A stretch of 64,000 nt of DNA, taken from Marsupella aquatica. Its lineage: Eukaryota; Plantae; Marchantiophyta. The position numbers and the translations under genes were made by a program. This document shows, piece after piece, positions 26,040-40,075 of the stretch (positions within the stretch are counted from its first letter, which is position 1; each line of letters opens with the position of its first letter). The stretch lies in contig OZ316899.1 of assembly GCA_973895155.1 (NCBI GenBank), positions 5,273,241-5,337,240 on the forward strand. The letters are read 5' to 3'. Below the pieces are notes generated by a model. That model ran no database searches and was not told the DNA's origin. It saw only the letters and a program-made list of their open reading frames with translations.

Positions 26040-29000
26040 TTTTGTCTCAAAGTGAGTTCAAAACATCTTTGGCGGCTCAAGATCCTTGTCATCTCAACCA
26101 TTCATGTGCCAAGGATTGCAAGGACTGCCATCCCATAATCCCAGTCCTTTTTGCACATTTTAGTACCCCTCAATCATGCTTTCCACCTTATCAAACAAAT
26201 ACAGATGGTGGCCAGACCCCTACTAATGCAGTCCAGCTTACCAGCATCAGCCTGGGGCCATGCGGTTATACATGCAGCCACCCTCCTTAGAATGAGACCA
26301 TCATCATTTAATTCCCAAACCCCCCACTTCCTGGCATATGGATTGCCACCTGATATCACACATCTACGGACTTTTGGCTGCCTGGTACTTGTCCCAATTT
26401 TAGGTCCTAAACAAACTAAAATGGGACCTCAAAGACAACGAGGCATCATAAGATACTTGGAACCCTCAACAACAGACGTTTTCAAAGCATGGTTCCAAGA
26501 CTGCCATTTCTTTGAAGAAGAATTTCCCACTCTTATGGAAGACCCAAACAAAAGCGGAGAGATAAAAGTAAAGGACTTACAGTGGTTGTCTACACATCCT
26601 TTTACCGACGACCACCAAACTAAAGAAGCAGATCAAGGAGTACAATATGTCCTCCACTTACAATAGATGGTTATGAAACTTCCGGATGCCTTCAACGATG
26701 CAGCCACAGTCACTCGCTCACATTTAGAGGCAGCAAACATACCAGCTTGAATTTCTTGGAAGTCTACACCAGCAACTGAAGCTGCACCAAGGGCAAAGCG
26801 AGGTCGCCCCCTGGGATCCAGGGACTCTCACCCTAGAGTGTTGCGTACAGTCCTTCCATCTCCCCCTGTTATACCTGCTACAGTACCACCTTTACCAGGG
26901 CAGGCCAATAACGAGGAGATCACAATTAATTATGTGCATACCGGGAAGATAATGCAGCGTGATACAATACAGGTTGATGATAACTTTGCATTCAATATCT
27001 CTGAGGAGATCACAAATGATACTCCAGATCCTCTAACAATTGCTGAGGCCAATCTCGACCAGACTGGCCACAATGGGAGCTAGCTATAAACTCAGAACTG
27101 GACTCCCTAATGCAACGAAAAGTTTTTGGACTGATTATACCTGCACCTGCAGGAACCTATCTCACGGGTTATAGATTCATCTTTGTCAGGAAACGCAATG
27201 CAAAAGGAGAAGTGATCAGACATAAAGCCCGCTTAGTAGCAAAGGGCTACACCTAGATCTCCGGTCGGGACTTTGATCAAACTTACTCTCTCGTGATGGA
27301 TTCGATCACATACAGATATCTCATCGCATATGCTCTCCTGCACAAACTCATCATGCATATTTTAGACGTGATCACTGCCTATCTGTATGGTATACTTGAT
27401 ACCACAATATACATGAAGGCACCCCCAGAACTAATTAAGAGGTTAACGTTCCACATTGAGGGGGAGAAAACCGGTAGGAAAAACCCAGGTCTGCAACTTG
27501 GAGTACTCCAAAATTGCCCTATAGGAGATTTGAATTCACTGACAATTGAGCTTGGACCTTCTGCACCAACCCAGCCAGATGTGCTGCACACATTCAATCA
27601 GAGGAAATGGATGCCTCTCTCACTGCTTTCTCCTGCTACACAAACAAAGAGAGTTAAAAGAGAACTTGCAATTCAGGTACTTTGTTCCATGTATGGTTTA
27701 AAACAGAGTGGACGGACATGGTACAAACGATTCAAAGCTGAAATGCTTACATTGAATTTCATTATTGACGACATTGTTCCTTGTCTATTTCTTAAACAGG
27801 AGGGAGACAACTTTGTTACTATCGTGATTTATGTGGACGACATAAACATTTTTGGCACAACAACAATAACAGCTCAAACAATTGAGATCCTTAAGAAAAC
27901 CTTTGAGATGCGGGATGTTGGAAAGCCCACCTATTGTTTGGGCTTACAATTCAATTACTTACCAAATGGCATACTCATTAACCAATCTACCTACACTGAG
28001 AAGGTACTTAGGCAATTCAACATGGACTCTACTCACCCAGTTAGCACTCCTATGGATTTGAGATCCTCAGATTGTGATAAGGATACATTCAAGAAATGGA
28101 CTGAACCAGAAACGATTCTTGGCCCAAAAAAGCCTTACCTCTTTGCAATAGGGGCTCTTATGTACCTTGCTACATAGTCCTGTCTTGACATCTTGTTTGC
28201 AGTGAACCTCCTTGCCCGCCATAGCGCAAAGCCGACCATACCTCATTGGAATGAAGTCAAGCGCGTTTTTTGTTACCTGCAAGGAACCACCAATAGGGGG
28301 CTATTCTTTCCCAAGTAGTCAGAAAACCTATTGGTGGGATACGCAGATGCAGGGTACCTTTCAGACCCAGACGATGCAAAATCCCAAACGGGATATGTTT
28401 TTCTCCAAGGCGGCACTGCAACTCATGGAAAAGCTACATATAGACATTGACAGGTACTTCCTCTAACCACGCGGAGATTATTGCGCTCTATGAAGCCACC
28501 AGGGAATGCATTTGGTTACAACACTTGATAGAACATATTCAAATACACACTAGTAGACCCCAATTTGATCAACCGACGATCATATATCAAGATAATTGAC
28601 CCTGTGTAGATCAGATAGTGCAGGGATTCATCAAAGGGGACAAAATTAAACATATACCGCCCAAATTCTTCTATACCCATGAGCAGCATGGCAAACAGGT
28701 CAATGTGCAGTGGATTCCTAGCAAAGAAAATAGGGCAGATTTGTTTACAAAACCCCTACTGCCATCCCTCCACCAAGAGCATACATATGGCATAGGAATG
28801 AGGATCATGGCATCGATGCTGCAAGACACCTATGGATAAATCAAACTTACTCAAGCTCAAAGAATACTTACTAACCGGAAGAAGTCGGATCCCTTATGGC
28901 TGAAGCACTCTGTTGAGCACTACCGAGGAAATTTTGAAACGTAATGGCCCCGCACCGACCTTGACTTTGCTCCATCGACCTATCTCAAGCTCCACCATTC

Positions 29001-29687
29001 CGTGCAATTCCCCTAACCAAATGAGAACTCGAAGTTCACCAAGTATACACAGGACATGCATCACTCAATCGACCCTGCAGGAGCAAACTCACGAAAGACG
29101 ACCAACAAATGAACATGCCCATGCAGAGTGTGTCGTCTTCAGCAGCACAATTAGGGTCGGCGCCCAATAGCACATCGTCTCCTAGCAAAATACAGACCGT
29201 TGTTTGTATTTTGACATTTTTTTTACATATCATAGTATAGATGTTAGTATATACCTTTCAGCGTAAATTTTTCTTTGGATTCCTTAGACATGATAAAGAC
29301 TTAACCTATTATTGGCCCTAAACCATGTAATAGTAGTGGAACTCTTTCCATGATTGAAGCATGGTTTTAATGAGACCATACTAAACTTGGGCCATATAAT
29401 AGGATTATAACAAAAGGGTTAGCTTTCCCTAAATTTTGTGGTTGTTTGGAAAATCCTTCTCATCCAACCAAGGGGGAGTGTTAGAAGGGATAAACCCTAA
29501 CCCTGATTACCTAGACTCACCCTAGTATACACCCTAGTATATAGGGAGTTGAGGCGGTTACATAACCACCATACCATGTAATATATAGGGAGTTGTTTGC
29601 ACTCCCACAATCAGTGAGAAGGAAGTGAGCTTGACGGTGCATTGTATGTCTAGAGTATACATAACAAAAACTAAAATATTTCTAACT
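26040..29687 (+). mobile_element. Ty1/copia element, Bianca-like; 3' part with PPT and short 3' LTR
   Basis: PPT AAGGGGGAG ending at 29478. LTR runs TGTTAGAA (29479) to TTCTAAC(T) (~29687). Pol motifs are listed in the next feature. Confidence 0.85.
26151..28839 (+). pseudogene. Copia integrase-RT-RNase H, decayed
   Basis: TKMGPQRQRGIIRYLEP and IKGDKIKHIPPKFFYTHE are Bianca-type signatures. Also HKARLVAKG, YGLKQSGRTW, YVDDINIFG, ADLFTK. Confidence 0.9.
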
Positions 29688-31458
29688 TTCAAACCACATG
29701 TTAATTTGAGCCTAAACTTTCAAGAGTGATTCTACTATGTAAGGGCTACCTCCTGAAAAAGTATAAGACTTTTCTAATTACTTAAACTATTTAGCTAAAA
29801 TTGCATCGATCCACTAATCTTAACTAATGGTAAACTCAATTTTGTTGAAGTAGAGCCTTAGAACCTAGTTGTCAACAAATGTTTTCAAGCTTGAGGATCT
29901 CTGGCTGGCTCTTAAAGTATTCTGAATGACCTTTGGTATCTCTCTTTGTTGCAAATGAGCCACCAATGTTGGGGTAGTGCTTCAATGCGTCCTCCGTTGT
30001 AAACATTCTCCATAATCATCATGTCATTGTCCAAACTAAATCTCACAATCCCAAGTGTCGAGTGTAACTCCTTCAACGCGTTTACCCATAATTACTTTCA
30101 AGGTGTGAAGACATAAACACATACAAACATAGAGCTTGCTCTAAATGTCACTCGAACACTCTTAAATATAACTCCCAAAAATATTTCTAGTTTTCTAATT
30201 TGCTATCCTATTACATCATTGAAGTCAAGTCAACTATGTGTATGTGTATCATAGGTTCTATAAAGTCTTTACCCTACCATTTCCTTCATGTAAACCCAGA
30301 GTGTATGTTGTGCACTTGTGTATGCTGGTTGTGACATTGCATTCTCGTATGCGGGCTGGCAAGGCTGGGCCAGGTGCAATACTCCTTGACACACAAGGTA
30401 CGGGTTGGGGGTAGCGGCCGCGAGTTCGGGTTGTCAGACGCATTTTGGACTCCGAATCAAAGGCAGACCACCACAACGGCTTAGAAGTCCCTAAGTTGAG
30501 ACTGATCAAGGAATCAAACGCGAGTATGTTTCGGTGGAAAGATATAAAAAATATACCTAAAGGGTATATACCTATAGATAGGCACAATTAGCACTAGTCC
30601 ACATTAATAAATGTGTATTGCAGTCTCTCCTTGCCCGAACCCTCAATACTAACAAAGTTTATGTTCCATTTGGTAGTAAATGCACTTAGTGACCAACTTA
30701 TTGGTGTGACACTGTCATGATTGGACCAAAGCCACAAATGTGCAAATCCTCTTGGGCTTGATCCCCACCACTAAGTCTACACATAATTATAATGTGATCT
30801 CAGGCATACCACTGTTGGCTTTGCACCCCTAATGCTTAATATGTTACCTACTCCTATTCTAAGTGCCACAAATTACTCAACTCCCTTTGTTTGCTAATAA
30901 TTGTGCAGGTTTGATGGCTTCTTACTCTGTACAACCTCTACATACAAGCATATTACACTCTAAGGGACGTGCCGCTCACGTCACAAATTAATAATCTGTT
31001 GAAAATTCTCAGATTCTCTAGGAAACCTTTTAAATTAAAGGTCAGGCAGTTGGCTTCCCCTCATCAGTCCCTTATAACATGTTGTGATTTTCAATGTGAT
31101 ACTTATGCCGATATTTTACTGACGGAGCTGTGAGAACTAGGGTTTGGGGTTTTTGGGTGTTCCGGAGGGTGAGGCGTTCAATCTTTGTGGATTGTGTTAT
31201 GTTTGTGATGATTATCAAGATAATGGCAAGGATAATGACGACTTTGAATGGATTTGACCATCAGAATGATGGTCCACGGACAAGCTATCTAAACTTTGCT
31301 TACTCTGACGCGCATGAAAGCTGAAGCTGTAGCTTCAAGCTTTTTTTCCAAAGATTCTAACATCTGAATGACGGGAATGTATCTGGGAGCAGACAAGAAG
31401 TCCGACCGTGCTTGTGCCGTGGGCTGAATCTCTGGGTAGGGCAAAATTGCGTCACAGT

Positions 31459-32788
31459 TGTCAACAACTTGCATGAGAACTAATGAGTTATTTGCCACTA
31501 AATATCTTATAATACTGTCCTTTAATGTCAACCAGGTCCTATTGGGGGGTCCTCCTTGGGCATTTATTGCTATCATGTCAAAATACTCACACTCATAGGC
31601 AGTTTGGTTTCAGCCACCAAAAATGTAGATTTTGCTGGAAACTACCTTCAACTCACACACTCTCAACTCTCATCCTTCTCCCATAAAACCCAAATATTCA
31701 TAGCTGTCACCTATGAACCATCTTCCTTCCCTACCCTAATAAATGACCTTAGTACTCACTTAAAATTCTTTCATCCCCAAGTCTAACCAATGAGTCTTGA
31801 CTCGCCTCAAGCTCCTGCCCAAGATCTTCAACCACACATCTCTAGCTTGTGACCAACTCAATGTCTAAGCTTTCTCTTATCACTAACAAAACACTATTAA
31901 TAACACGACTTCAAAATCCACAATCTTCCACCTCTCAACTTCAACATAACAAATGCCAAGGCCTTAGATCTTCATCCACTTCTCCATTGGAGCACAATCA
32001 ACAACCTAGCTTCCTTCAACATAGGTGCATGTACACATCAAGGTGTGGTTTCAAAGTAAAAGCATTTTACTACACACACAATGAGGTTCATACATGGCAC
32101 AAACTCCCCATCCAAGCACTACTCCTCAAGCTAGAGCAAGTATGTGCAAGAACACAATGGAAGAATGGACATTGGCCTCAAGGAAAACTTCACTTCTTAT
32201 ACAATTCCTACTAGGCTACTACCCCACAAAGTCCAAAATGGTGGTGTGCACCAAGGCCCAAGTCCACAAAGACCAAGGACCAAGGACCAGGTAGCCCACC
32301 AAGGACCAAGGACCAGGTAGTAGATAGCCCACCAAGGACCCAAGTAGCTCGGTCAATTGGTGAAGTCTTTGCCACCTACCTACATAGTTAACTTTTAACT
32401 ATGGTAATTTCATGTTTTTACCTTTTCTCTAATATCTTGGAAATCTGAAAATATAATGGCTTGAATTATTTTCCTATCCATTGCTATAAGATATTTTCCC
32501 TATATTTTGGCATCAAAATTTATTTATAACTATAACTCCTCAACCCTAAGCCAAATTATTATTTTTAGAACGTATATTTTCTTGCCCAAGTAAGGTCTAG
32601 TTTTGGGTCGAAGGATTCCTGAAATGGTGTCATCATTTCAAAAATATATTTTTTAAGTCCAAAAACTCATAAGAGGCCATATAAACCTTCTCTAACTACT
32701 ATCTTAACTCTTTATCTACCTTGGACTAAGGGAGAAAGCACTCCACTACTATAAATTTATTGTTTTTTGGTTTTTTAGAGGTCTCACA
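31459..32788. mobile_element. Solo LTR (1330 bp) in the LINE 5' region
   Basis: TGTCAAC...GTCTCACA with perfect 5-bp TSD ACAGT (31454-31458 and 32789-32793). Confidence 0.85.
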
Positions 32789-33329
32789 ACAGTCGGAAGG
32801 AGTCGCGGGGTTAATCTCTCTAGCCATTATGCTGAAAGCGCTTTCATCTTTATTGGCGTTCAAACAATGTTACGACATCTTTGATTTGGTAGTGCGGACA
32901 CTGCCACACTAGTGTACTGCATTGCATGCGATCACTAGTACTGGTTTATGTTGCATATTCTGAGGCGCTGCTCTTGTGGCTTCTCACTTTTTGCCTCCAA
33001 TTCCTGGGGTGACTCCACAATCCCTACGGCTCACTCGGTGATTCTTGCAAAATTGGCTTGCTGGTGACTCCCTAGACCTCCTTTGGGGATCTGGGTGCTG
33101 GTCTTGTGCTGGTGGACATTCTCCTCTCTGGTGACCAGGATTCCAGGTGAGATACTGTCCACATCTTGTGCTACTAATTTAGGCCTCCCTTTCACAAGTT
33201 CATGCATAGGTGACTGGGAATCGCCTGCTTTGTCTTCAAAGTGCGTGCTCATTGTATCCCGGGTACTGGACTGGTGCCCCCTGCCATTTACCTTTCTTCT
33301 ATTTTATCTTGATCAACTTGATATCTATG

Positions 33330-35482
33330 TTGATATATCGGAGGAACACTTTGGGACACGAAGGACGTGGGGCTCTCATGGCGGGACCTGCCTTTCTACG
33401 CGACGGGGCTGCACAGAGGATGCGGCACAGAGGGATGTGGAAGGAGGTGCTGGCCATTGGCATCATGTGGATTCTGGTGGCCCTCGCGAGCGCAAGTTTT
33501 CTGCTCCTAGCAGGGGTCGTTATGTCAGCAATTTTTTGGGATAGGATGCCCGATCCAATTTGATAAGAAACCAATGTCCACTTGATAGGGAGGCAACCAC
33601 TGCTCTTCCCTCTGATCAACCATTGCAGAGTTGGTTCGGTTTGAAACCTTCTGGTGATAATGTTGATGGATTCGCAAGATGGGAAGCTCATCGTGCCCTT
33701 GACACTGTTTCTATGGATGTTTTGGAAGGTTGCAAGCAACCCCTCCTACAGTGAAACCTTTCAAGATGACATTGGTGAACGATTTGGTAGGGAAGACATG
33801 AATGTGGATGGAGTGTCTGAGCAGGATTGCAGTGATCATAGCCAATTTCACTCTGCTGGTCCTGCAACTTTGGGTGCAACGGGAGAGGGTGCGCAATCCT
33901 CAGCTGAGGCAAGGGCGGAGGAAGTTGACGCTTGCATTCCGCTTTTGAGAAGGATCTCAGATCTCACAATACAAAATTGGCCCTCCCAGCTTCACACTAC
34001 AATTACTTGGTCCCTTGAAGAGGCGGCTGAGACTGTTTGGGGGCTATTCAACTGCTCCATGATGTGTTATTTCACTGATCGTGCACCTATGCTTCCGACG
34101 TTTAAATTCTGGGTGGAGAAGACTTTTGTTAACAAAAGGAAGTGGCCAGTAACACAAGTGAAATTTGTGGGAAAGAGCTTCTACATGGTGGCCTTCAAAA
34201 ATCCTGAGCACTGGGACCTGGCTTTAGCAGAGGCACCCTAGTTTCTGGAACAGAAGTATGTTTTTACCTTCCCCTGGGACCATCCTTTGATATCATGAAT
34301 GAGTCCTACACTCTCTTACCTGTTTGGATTGAAATCCCTTTTTGCGCACTGCTATTGGAACCCTGTCGTTGGAAGCTGGCTGCTTCTCTGGGAGATATTT
34401 TGCATTACATTCAGGGCAATGATTTAAGCTCCTACCCCCATGATTGTGTTTGTATACTCTGGGACACTCAGCAGGAGGTCCCGCGCAGTTTTGAAGTCCA
34501 AATTCAGGCTGATCTCTCCATCTGGCAACCAGTCATTTTCAAAAATATACCCTTTCATTGTTTTATCTGTAATCGCAAAGGCCACTTGGCCAGGAATTGT
34601 TGATCACACGAGGAGCAGGCACATGAGGCCCCCCTAGCCACTCCTCCTCTTAATACTGATCAAGGTGAGGTTGTCCCTGCGGAAATAGTTACTGTTGTAG
34701 ACATGCCTCCCCCTCTTGAGTCTGAAACCATGACGGCTCCTTCTCCTCCCGGGGGCATCCTCGGAACTACGACTGCTGCTGAGCATGATCCTGGAGGGAG
34801 CTCTTTATTTGGCGTTGCACCGGTGCTGGCTATTGATTCCTGGCCAGTGGTGATTGCATCGGCGGTGGATGAATTTGCTGAATTGGGTCCCCAAAACCCT
34901 CTGGTTAACTCTGTTTCTGTGGAGAACGAGGTTCCTAGGATTTTTCAAGATCTACAGGCTATGAATGACGAGCCTAAGCTTTTGTTGGCAGCACCTGAGA
35001 TTACTCTGATGCCTTCTAGGGAACTTGAGCCCCCTTTGGCACTTTCGCCTGCCGAAGGGACTCAATTGGTTGCTGTTGGGGAGGGATCTGAGGAAATGGT
35101 GGACGACCCCTCTGGCTCTGAAATACCTTTTGATATGGAGCTATTTGAATATGAGGGATTTATATCCCGCTCTGCTCAAAAGAAACACCGAGCTAGGAAA
35201 CTGGCACGCAGATCCCCACCTGAGGAGAAAAAGAAGGATAAAGGCAAAAAGAAAGCCAAGAATCAACGATCCTTACTTTTCTCCCCTGATTCTACTGTGC
35301 AGGATGCTGAGGGCTGGGTGACTCCAGGACGGAAGCTGACTCGGTCGGTCCATCACTCCATCGCTGCGCTCCCTGTCCTGTGGTGGAGGTGCAGCCTATT
35401 GCTGAACGGGATCCCCCGCCTATCCTTACGGGCGGGGCGGTGGGGGTGGTTGGCGGGAATGCTGCTCCCATTGACCTGCTGA
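33330..35482 (+). pseudogene. LINE ORF1 (DUF4283-like region plus CCHC knuckle)
   Basis: VKFVGKSFYMVAF..ALAEAP(W)F..PVWIEIP..CFICNRKGHLARNC, with several stops and frameshifts. Start position is approximate. Confidence 0.85.
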
Positions 35483-35558
35483 ATGTTGAGGCATAATTTT
35501 GACTATTTGTTGCTTCTCCTAAAGCTGCTTTGCTGGCCCCTTGGAGAAGTGGAGCGAT

Positions 35559-38500
35559 ATGACACTCCTCAATTTTGCATCGTGGAATGTCTGCGGCTTA
35601 TGTAATCCGGATAGAAAGCATGTGGTGTTGAAATGGGCTTCTTCAATCCGACCTCCGCTTGACACCCTGGCTTTGCAGGAAGTAAAGGCTGATGAATTTG
35701 ATTGGATAATGCACTGAAGACCATCCTACCCGATTATCAGCATTGTTACTCCGCCCCCGTTGACGGCAGGGGAGGCACAACTATTTTACTGCACCCGTCA
35801 CTTAAGGTACTATCATCGGGTATGCTGGACCTGGGCAAAGCTGTTTGGGCCAAGCTGGAACACACCGAGGGAACCTTTGGGCTGATCAGTGTGTACGCGC
35901 CCAACTCTCCAGGAGAACGAGCTATTCTCTGGAATGATTTGAAAAACAAATTGCCTCAGGGGCGATGGGTGTTCACTGGAGATTTTAACATGATTGAGCT
36001 CCGATGAAATTTCACCTGGCTTGACCCCGTTGATCCGCGAGAGGAATTGGAATTTTGGAGGTTTCTGAAGGTTTGACTTGACCTGCAAGAGGCACTGTCT
36101 ATTCTTGGTCAGGTATCGAGATCCTTGGTGCCGGATACGTAATGGCGTGTTGACTCAATCTTGCCTTGATAGGTTCTATTTCAGTGAGAAAGGCCAGTGG
36201 ACGGAGGAACTGGTGGAACTCAAACATGATGGCACTATCGGACCATGACCCTGTGCTGATCTCTTTTCGCATTGCCCCCTTGCTCACGTCTGCTTCTGAT
36301 CAACGACGCACTTCTTACTTCAAAGCTAACCCTGCTGTGGTCAGGAACTCAGTCTGCAAACTTGGGATTTTTGGAGGCTGCCTGGATTGGGGATGCCGCT
36401 CCCCTTGCTGAACCTCATCTGCGTTTTTCTTTGGCGTATCAGCATCTCCGCCAATGCTACATGATGCTACAATCTTCACCACTGACCAAGGCTGCAGAGG
36501 CTGCACTACTGCGTGACAAACTTTGACTTCTGAAGGTAACCATTATGGAGGATTACTCCACTGACAATATCACAGAGTTTATGGATACTAAAGATAATGT
36601 ATGTTCAATGGGACTTGAAGATGCTCACCACTGTCACCAGCTATCTAGGATTAAATGGCTGGGCCAAGGCGACGAACCCTCTAAGTTCTATTTCTCCATT
36701 GTTAAGGCCAAACGGCTCAGAGAAAAGATGGAATATCTTGTGGTTGATGGTGGCACGGAATTAAGGGAGGAGCAACTCATTGTTGGAGAGGTACAACATT
36801 TTTGTGAGGAGCTATACTCACTGCCATTACTAGAAGGAGAAGAATTGAGGAAGCAAAGAACAGCACACAGGACTCTGAGTAGGAACACACATTTTGCCCC
36901 TACTGCGGCTGAGGTTAGAATGCTTGAAGAGCTGCCTTCTATACGTGAACTGCACGACACTTTGTTACTTCTTCCCAGTGACAAAGCTCCTGGTATTGAT
37001 GGCATGACTGCGGAGACCTCCAGGGCTTGCTGGGAATTCATGAAGACTGACTTTCATGACATGATCTGTGATTTTTGGAGGACAGGACATCTGGCTTTCA
37101 ACATCAAAGATGGGGTTATTCGTTTTATTCCTAAGAAAACTGATAAGCGAAGACTGGGGGACTGGAGAGCATTAACCATGTTAACCATTGTATACAAGCT
37201 CTTGGCTAAGCTGCTAGCCCTTCATCTAAAAATGTTACTACCTAAGCTGATCTGTCCACAATAGACAGGCTTTATCCCTGGGCGGCACATTCTGGAAAAC
37301 ATCTCTCACCTGGCTGGTTAAAGACTGGATTAACTTCACTAGGACCCCGGCTCTTTTCTTGAAACTGGATTTTGAGAAGGCCTTTGACAGAGTGGATCAC
37401 TCTTACATATGGGAAACTATGAACCTGTTAGGCCTCGGCTCACATTTTATTTTTCTAGTAAAGTCTCTGATCAGCAATGCCTGCTCTAAGGCTCTCGTCA
37501 ATGGCATATGGACTGAGGATGTGAAGATGGCCAGGGGTGTGAGACAAGGCTGCCCTCTCTCACCTCTTCTCTTTGTCATATCTACACAGCCCTTGATGGA
37601 TTTTCTTACATCGGAGATTAATGCTGGTAGATTACAGGGTTTGCAGATTTCCAGCTCTCTACACATATGTCTTAGACTTTTTCCAGATGACTTAGGGTTG
37701 TTCATCCCGGCCTCAGCGGCCGCCTTTGAGCAAGCCAGGAGTGCTCTCACTTGCTACAAAGATGCCACAGGTGCTAAATTGAACTTAAACAAGTCAGTTG
37801 TTATTCCCCTTGTTGTGGAGGTGATCCCGAGCTGGCTACTGGATGTCTGATTAGTGAAAGAGGAGTGGTACAGAAATATTTGGGTGCTCCCTTTGGCTTG
37901 GATCTTACTGAAGCACAGTTGCATGACTTTTGCCTCGACCGGATTGGAGCCAGACTCTCATCTCGGTCTACCCGTTTTCTATCTTTCACTGAAAGGGTGC
38001 TCTTGATCAAACATGTTTTACTTGCCATTCCTGTATATCACATGATGTTTCTGCGATCCTCTGCTTCTCTGGCAAAGAAGTTGATTGCACTCAGTCGTGT
38101 TTTTCTTTGGGGGATTAACAAACAGGGGGGGAAGCGAATTCCACTGGTGGCTTGGGAGAAGCTGGCACGACCTAAGGTGGATGGTGGCCTGGGATTGAAG
38201 GACTTCCGTAGTCATTCTGACGCTCTACTAAGTAAATGGTTTACTGGGACGCTTGATAGACCGGAATCGGAATGGCCAGGATGTATGCGGAGAATCTAAA
38301 GCTAACTAAATGGCGCAACTATAAGACGGTACGCAGGAACAACTACTCAAAGAAGGATAAGGTCCTGCTCAGTACTCCTCGCTCATTTGGGAAGCTCTGT
38401 TATACTGGCCAGCTTTGGTGTGCCTGGACCTTGGTACGGGAGAACCTGGTCCTTTGTCTTGGCACTGCGGCCATCCCCAGACACTAGGGGATTGAAGATG

Positions 38501-39459
38501 TTTTGCGCTGTCTATTGGATTTTTACACTCTCCCTGAGGACAACATTTTGGGTGTAGTTGAGATCTGTGGAAGGCTTGGTGTCAGGAAAGTCAATGATTT
38601 GTGGTCTGCTCTGAATAATCAGTGGATGGATATGAATGAGAAGATGCTCAGACTGAGGGGTCTACCCGAAGACGATAGGAGATTTTCTCTATCCTTTATT
38701 GCCACTCTTCACAGATCTATCTGCAAAGAAACAGTTGGGGACTCAGGGGCAAGACTATGGAGATGGATCGATAAGGACAGTGTGCCCCTGACTAAATCTG
38801 GGCTTCCCAATCTCAGGGTGTTTGAGTTGCTTAGACCCAAGGGATCTGATTTCTGCAGGCTTACCAGGATCTGGAATGTGAACTTGCTTGAGATTGAATA
38901 GTGTAAGGTCTGCCAGGTTATATGGACTGCAGATCTCTCCACTCGTGCCAGAACCTTCTTATGGCGCATCCTTGCCCAGGGTTTATTTTCTGGCTCTAAA
39001 GCTCTGAGGATTGGGAAGTCTGATGGGGTATGTACACTCTGCTCCGGTGCGGTGGAGACTATCCCGCACATTTTCTTTGACTGCCGCCATGCGGGGGCTT
39101 GCTGGCTGGTAATGCAGGGCTGGCTGAATGGGAGATTATTTAACCGGGCCCTTGGGTTGGTGCATCTCCTGTTGTCGATGTAGGGGAAGACCCCTCTACA
39201 TACGTTACAGGTTTTCTTGATGTACCAAACTTTGTGGTCCCTGTGGCTTGCCAAGAATGGCCAGACGTTTGATCGGACCAGACACTGCATTTTTTACCAG
39301 ATTAATATCTGCACAGAGACTATTGATCACCTGTTGGTTGTGGCTGCTTTGTCTTGTTCTGGCCATAAGATTGGGCGGCTTTCCCAGGCTAGGACTATGG
39401 TGGAGGCAGAGCAACGTAGGCTACTTAGGGGTAGGGTACAGAAACTAACATCCCAATGA
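35559..39459 (+). pseudogene. LINE ORF2 (endonuclease, RT, zf-RVT)
   Basis: SWNVCGL..LQEVK..VYAP..GDFN..SDH; KAPGIDG; KLDFEKAFDRV; GVRQGCPLSP; KYLG; GGLGL; CTLC..ETIPHIFFDC. Confidence 0.92.
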
Positions 39460-40075
39460 CCAGTGAATCTGACAGGATCATGACGGTGAATGATCTTCAC
39501 TAAATGTAGTGACCCATTTAGATACTTCGATGCTCTGTTGTTCATCTGATGATTTAATTATGTGTTGATTCGGCTGAACACTGTAGCATGGAGTATTAGG
39601 ATCATTGCTTAGCTCCTGAACTGGCTCGGGATTGGTCTTGTGGTGTTGTTCCCCTCTAGTATGCAGGGATACATCTGTTGTTGTCCTTTTTGGCCTTGTG
39701 GCCCTTTTGCCTTGGGCCTGCTGGTTCCCTCATCCATGGGGTTCACGCGGAATAAAGATGAAATAAAAATAAAAATAAAAATGTGATACTTATGCCATTG
39801 TATATTCTGACTTTACTTTAATTTGTTGTTACAAGCCCGTCCTCACATGTCTACAATCAAGATATTTGATGGGACATCTATTGAAAAATTTGGTCAACAG
39901 GGACCATTGAGACATTGGATATATATTTTAAATGATTTGTACTGTACAATATTCAGGGTACATATATATAGGCTATTCAAATATGGCAAGAATATTCAAC
40001 AAAACCACTTTAAAACAAAATGAAACTTATGTGCTGAAGGAAAAGGTGACTATAGGATGGGTATGACCAACACAC

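Larger units (their letters stand above)
31110..39780 (+). mobile_element. Full-length L1-clade LINE
   Basis: 16-bp TSD ATGTGATACTTATGCC at 31094-31109 and 39781-39796. A-rich tail at 39761-39780. ORF1 and ORF2 are both present. Confidence 0.92.

Noticed and set aside
30330-30587. Short TGTGAC...GGCACA segment as a solo LTR
   Set aside because: Flanks CTGGT and ATTAG do not form a TSD and there is no second copy.
30700-30960. Possible downstream exons of the SET gene beyond the LINE
   Set aside because: No convincing CxPN, ELxYDY or post-SET CxCG motif in a spliceable frame.
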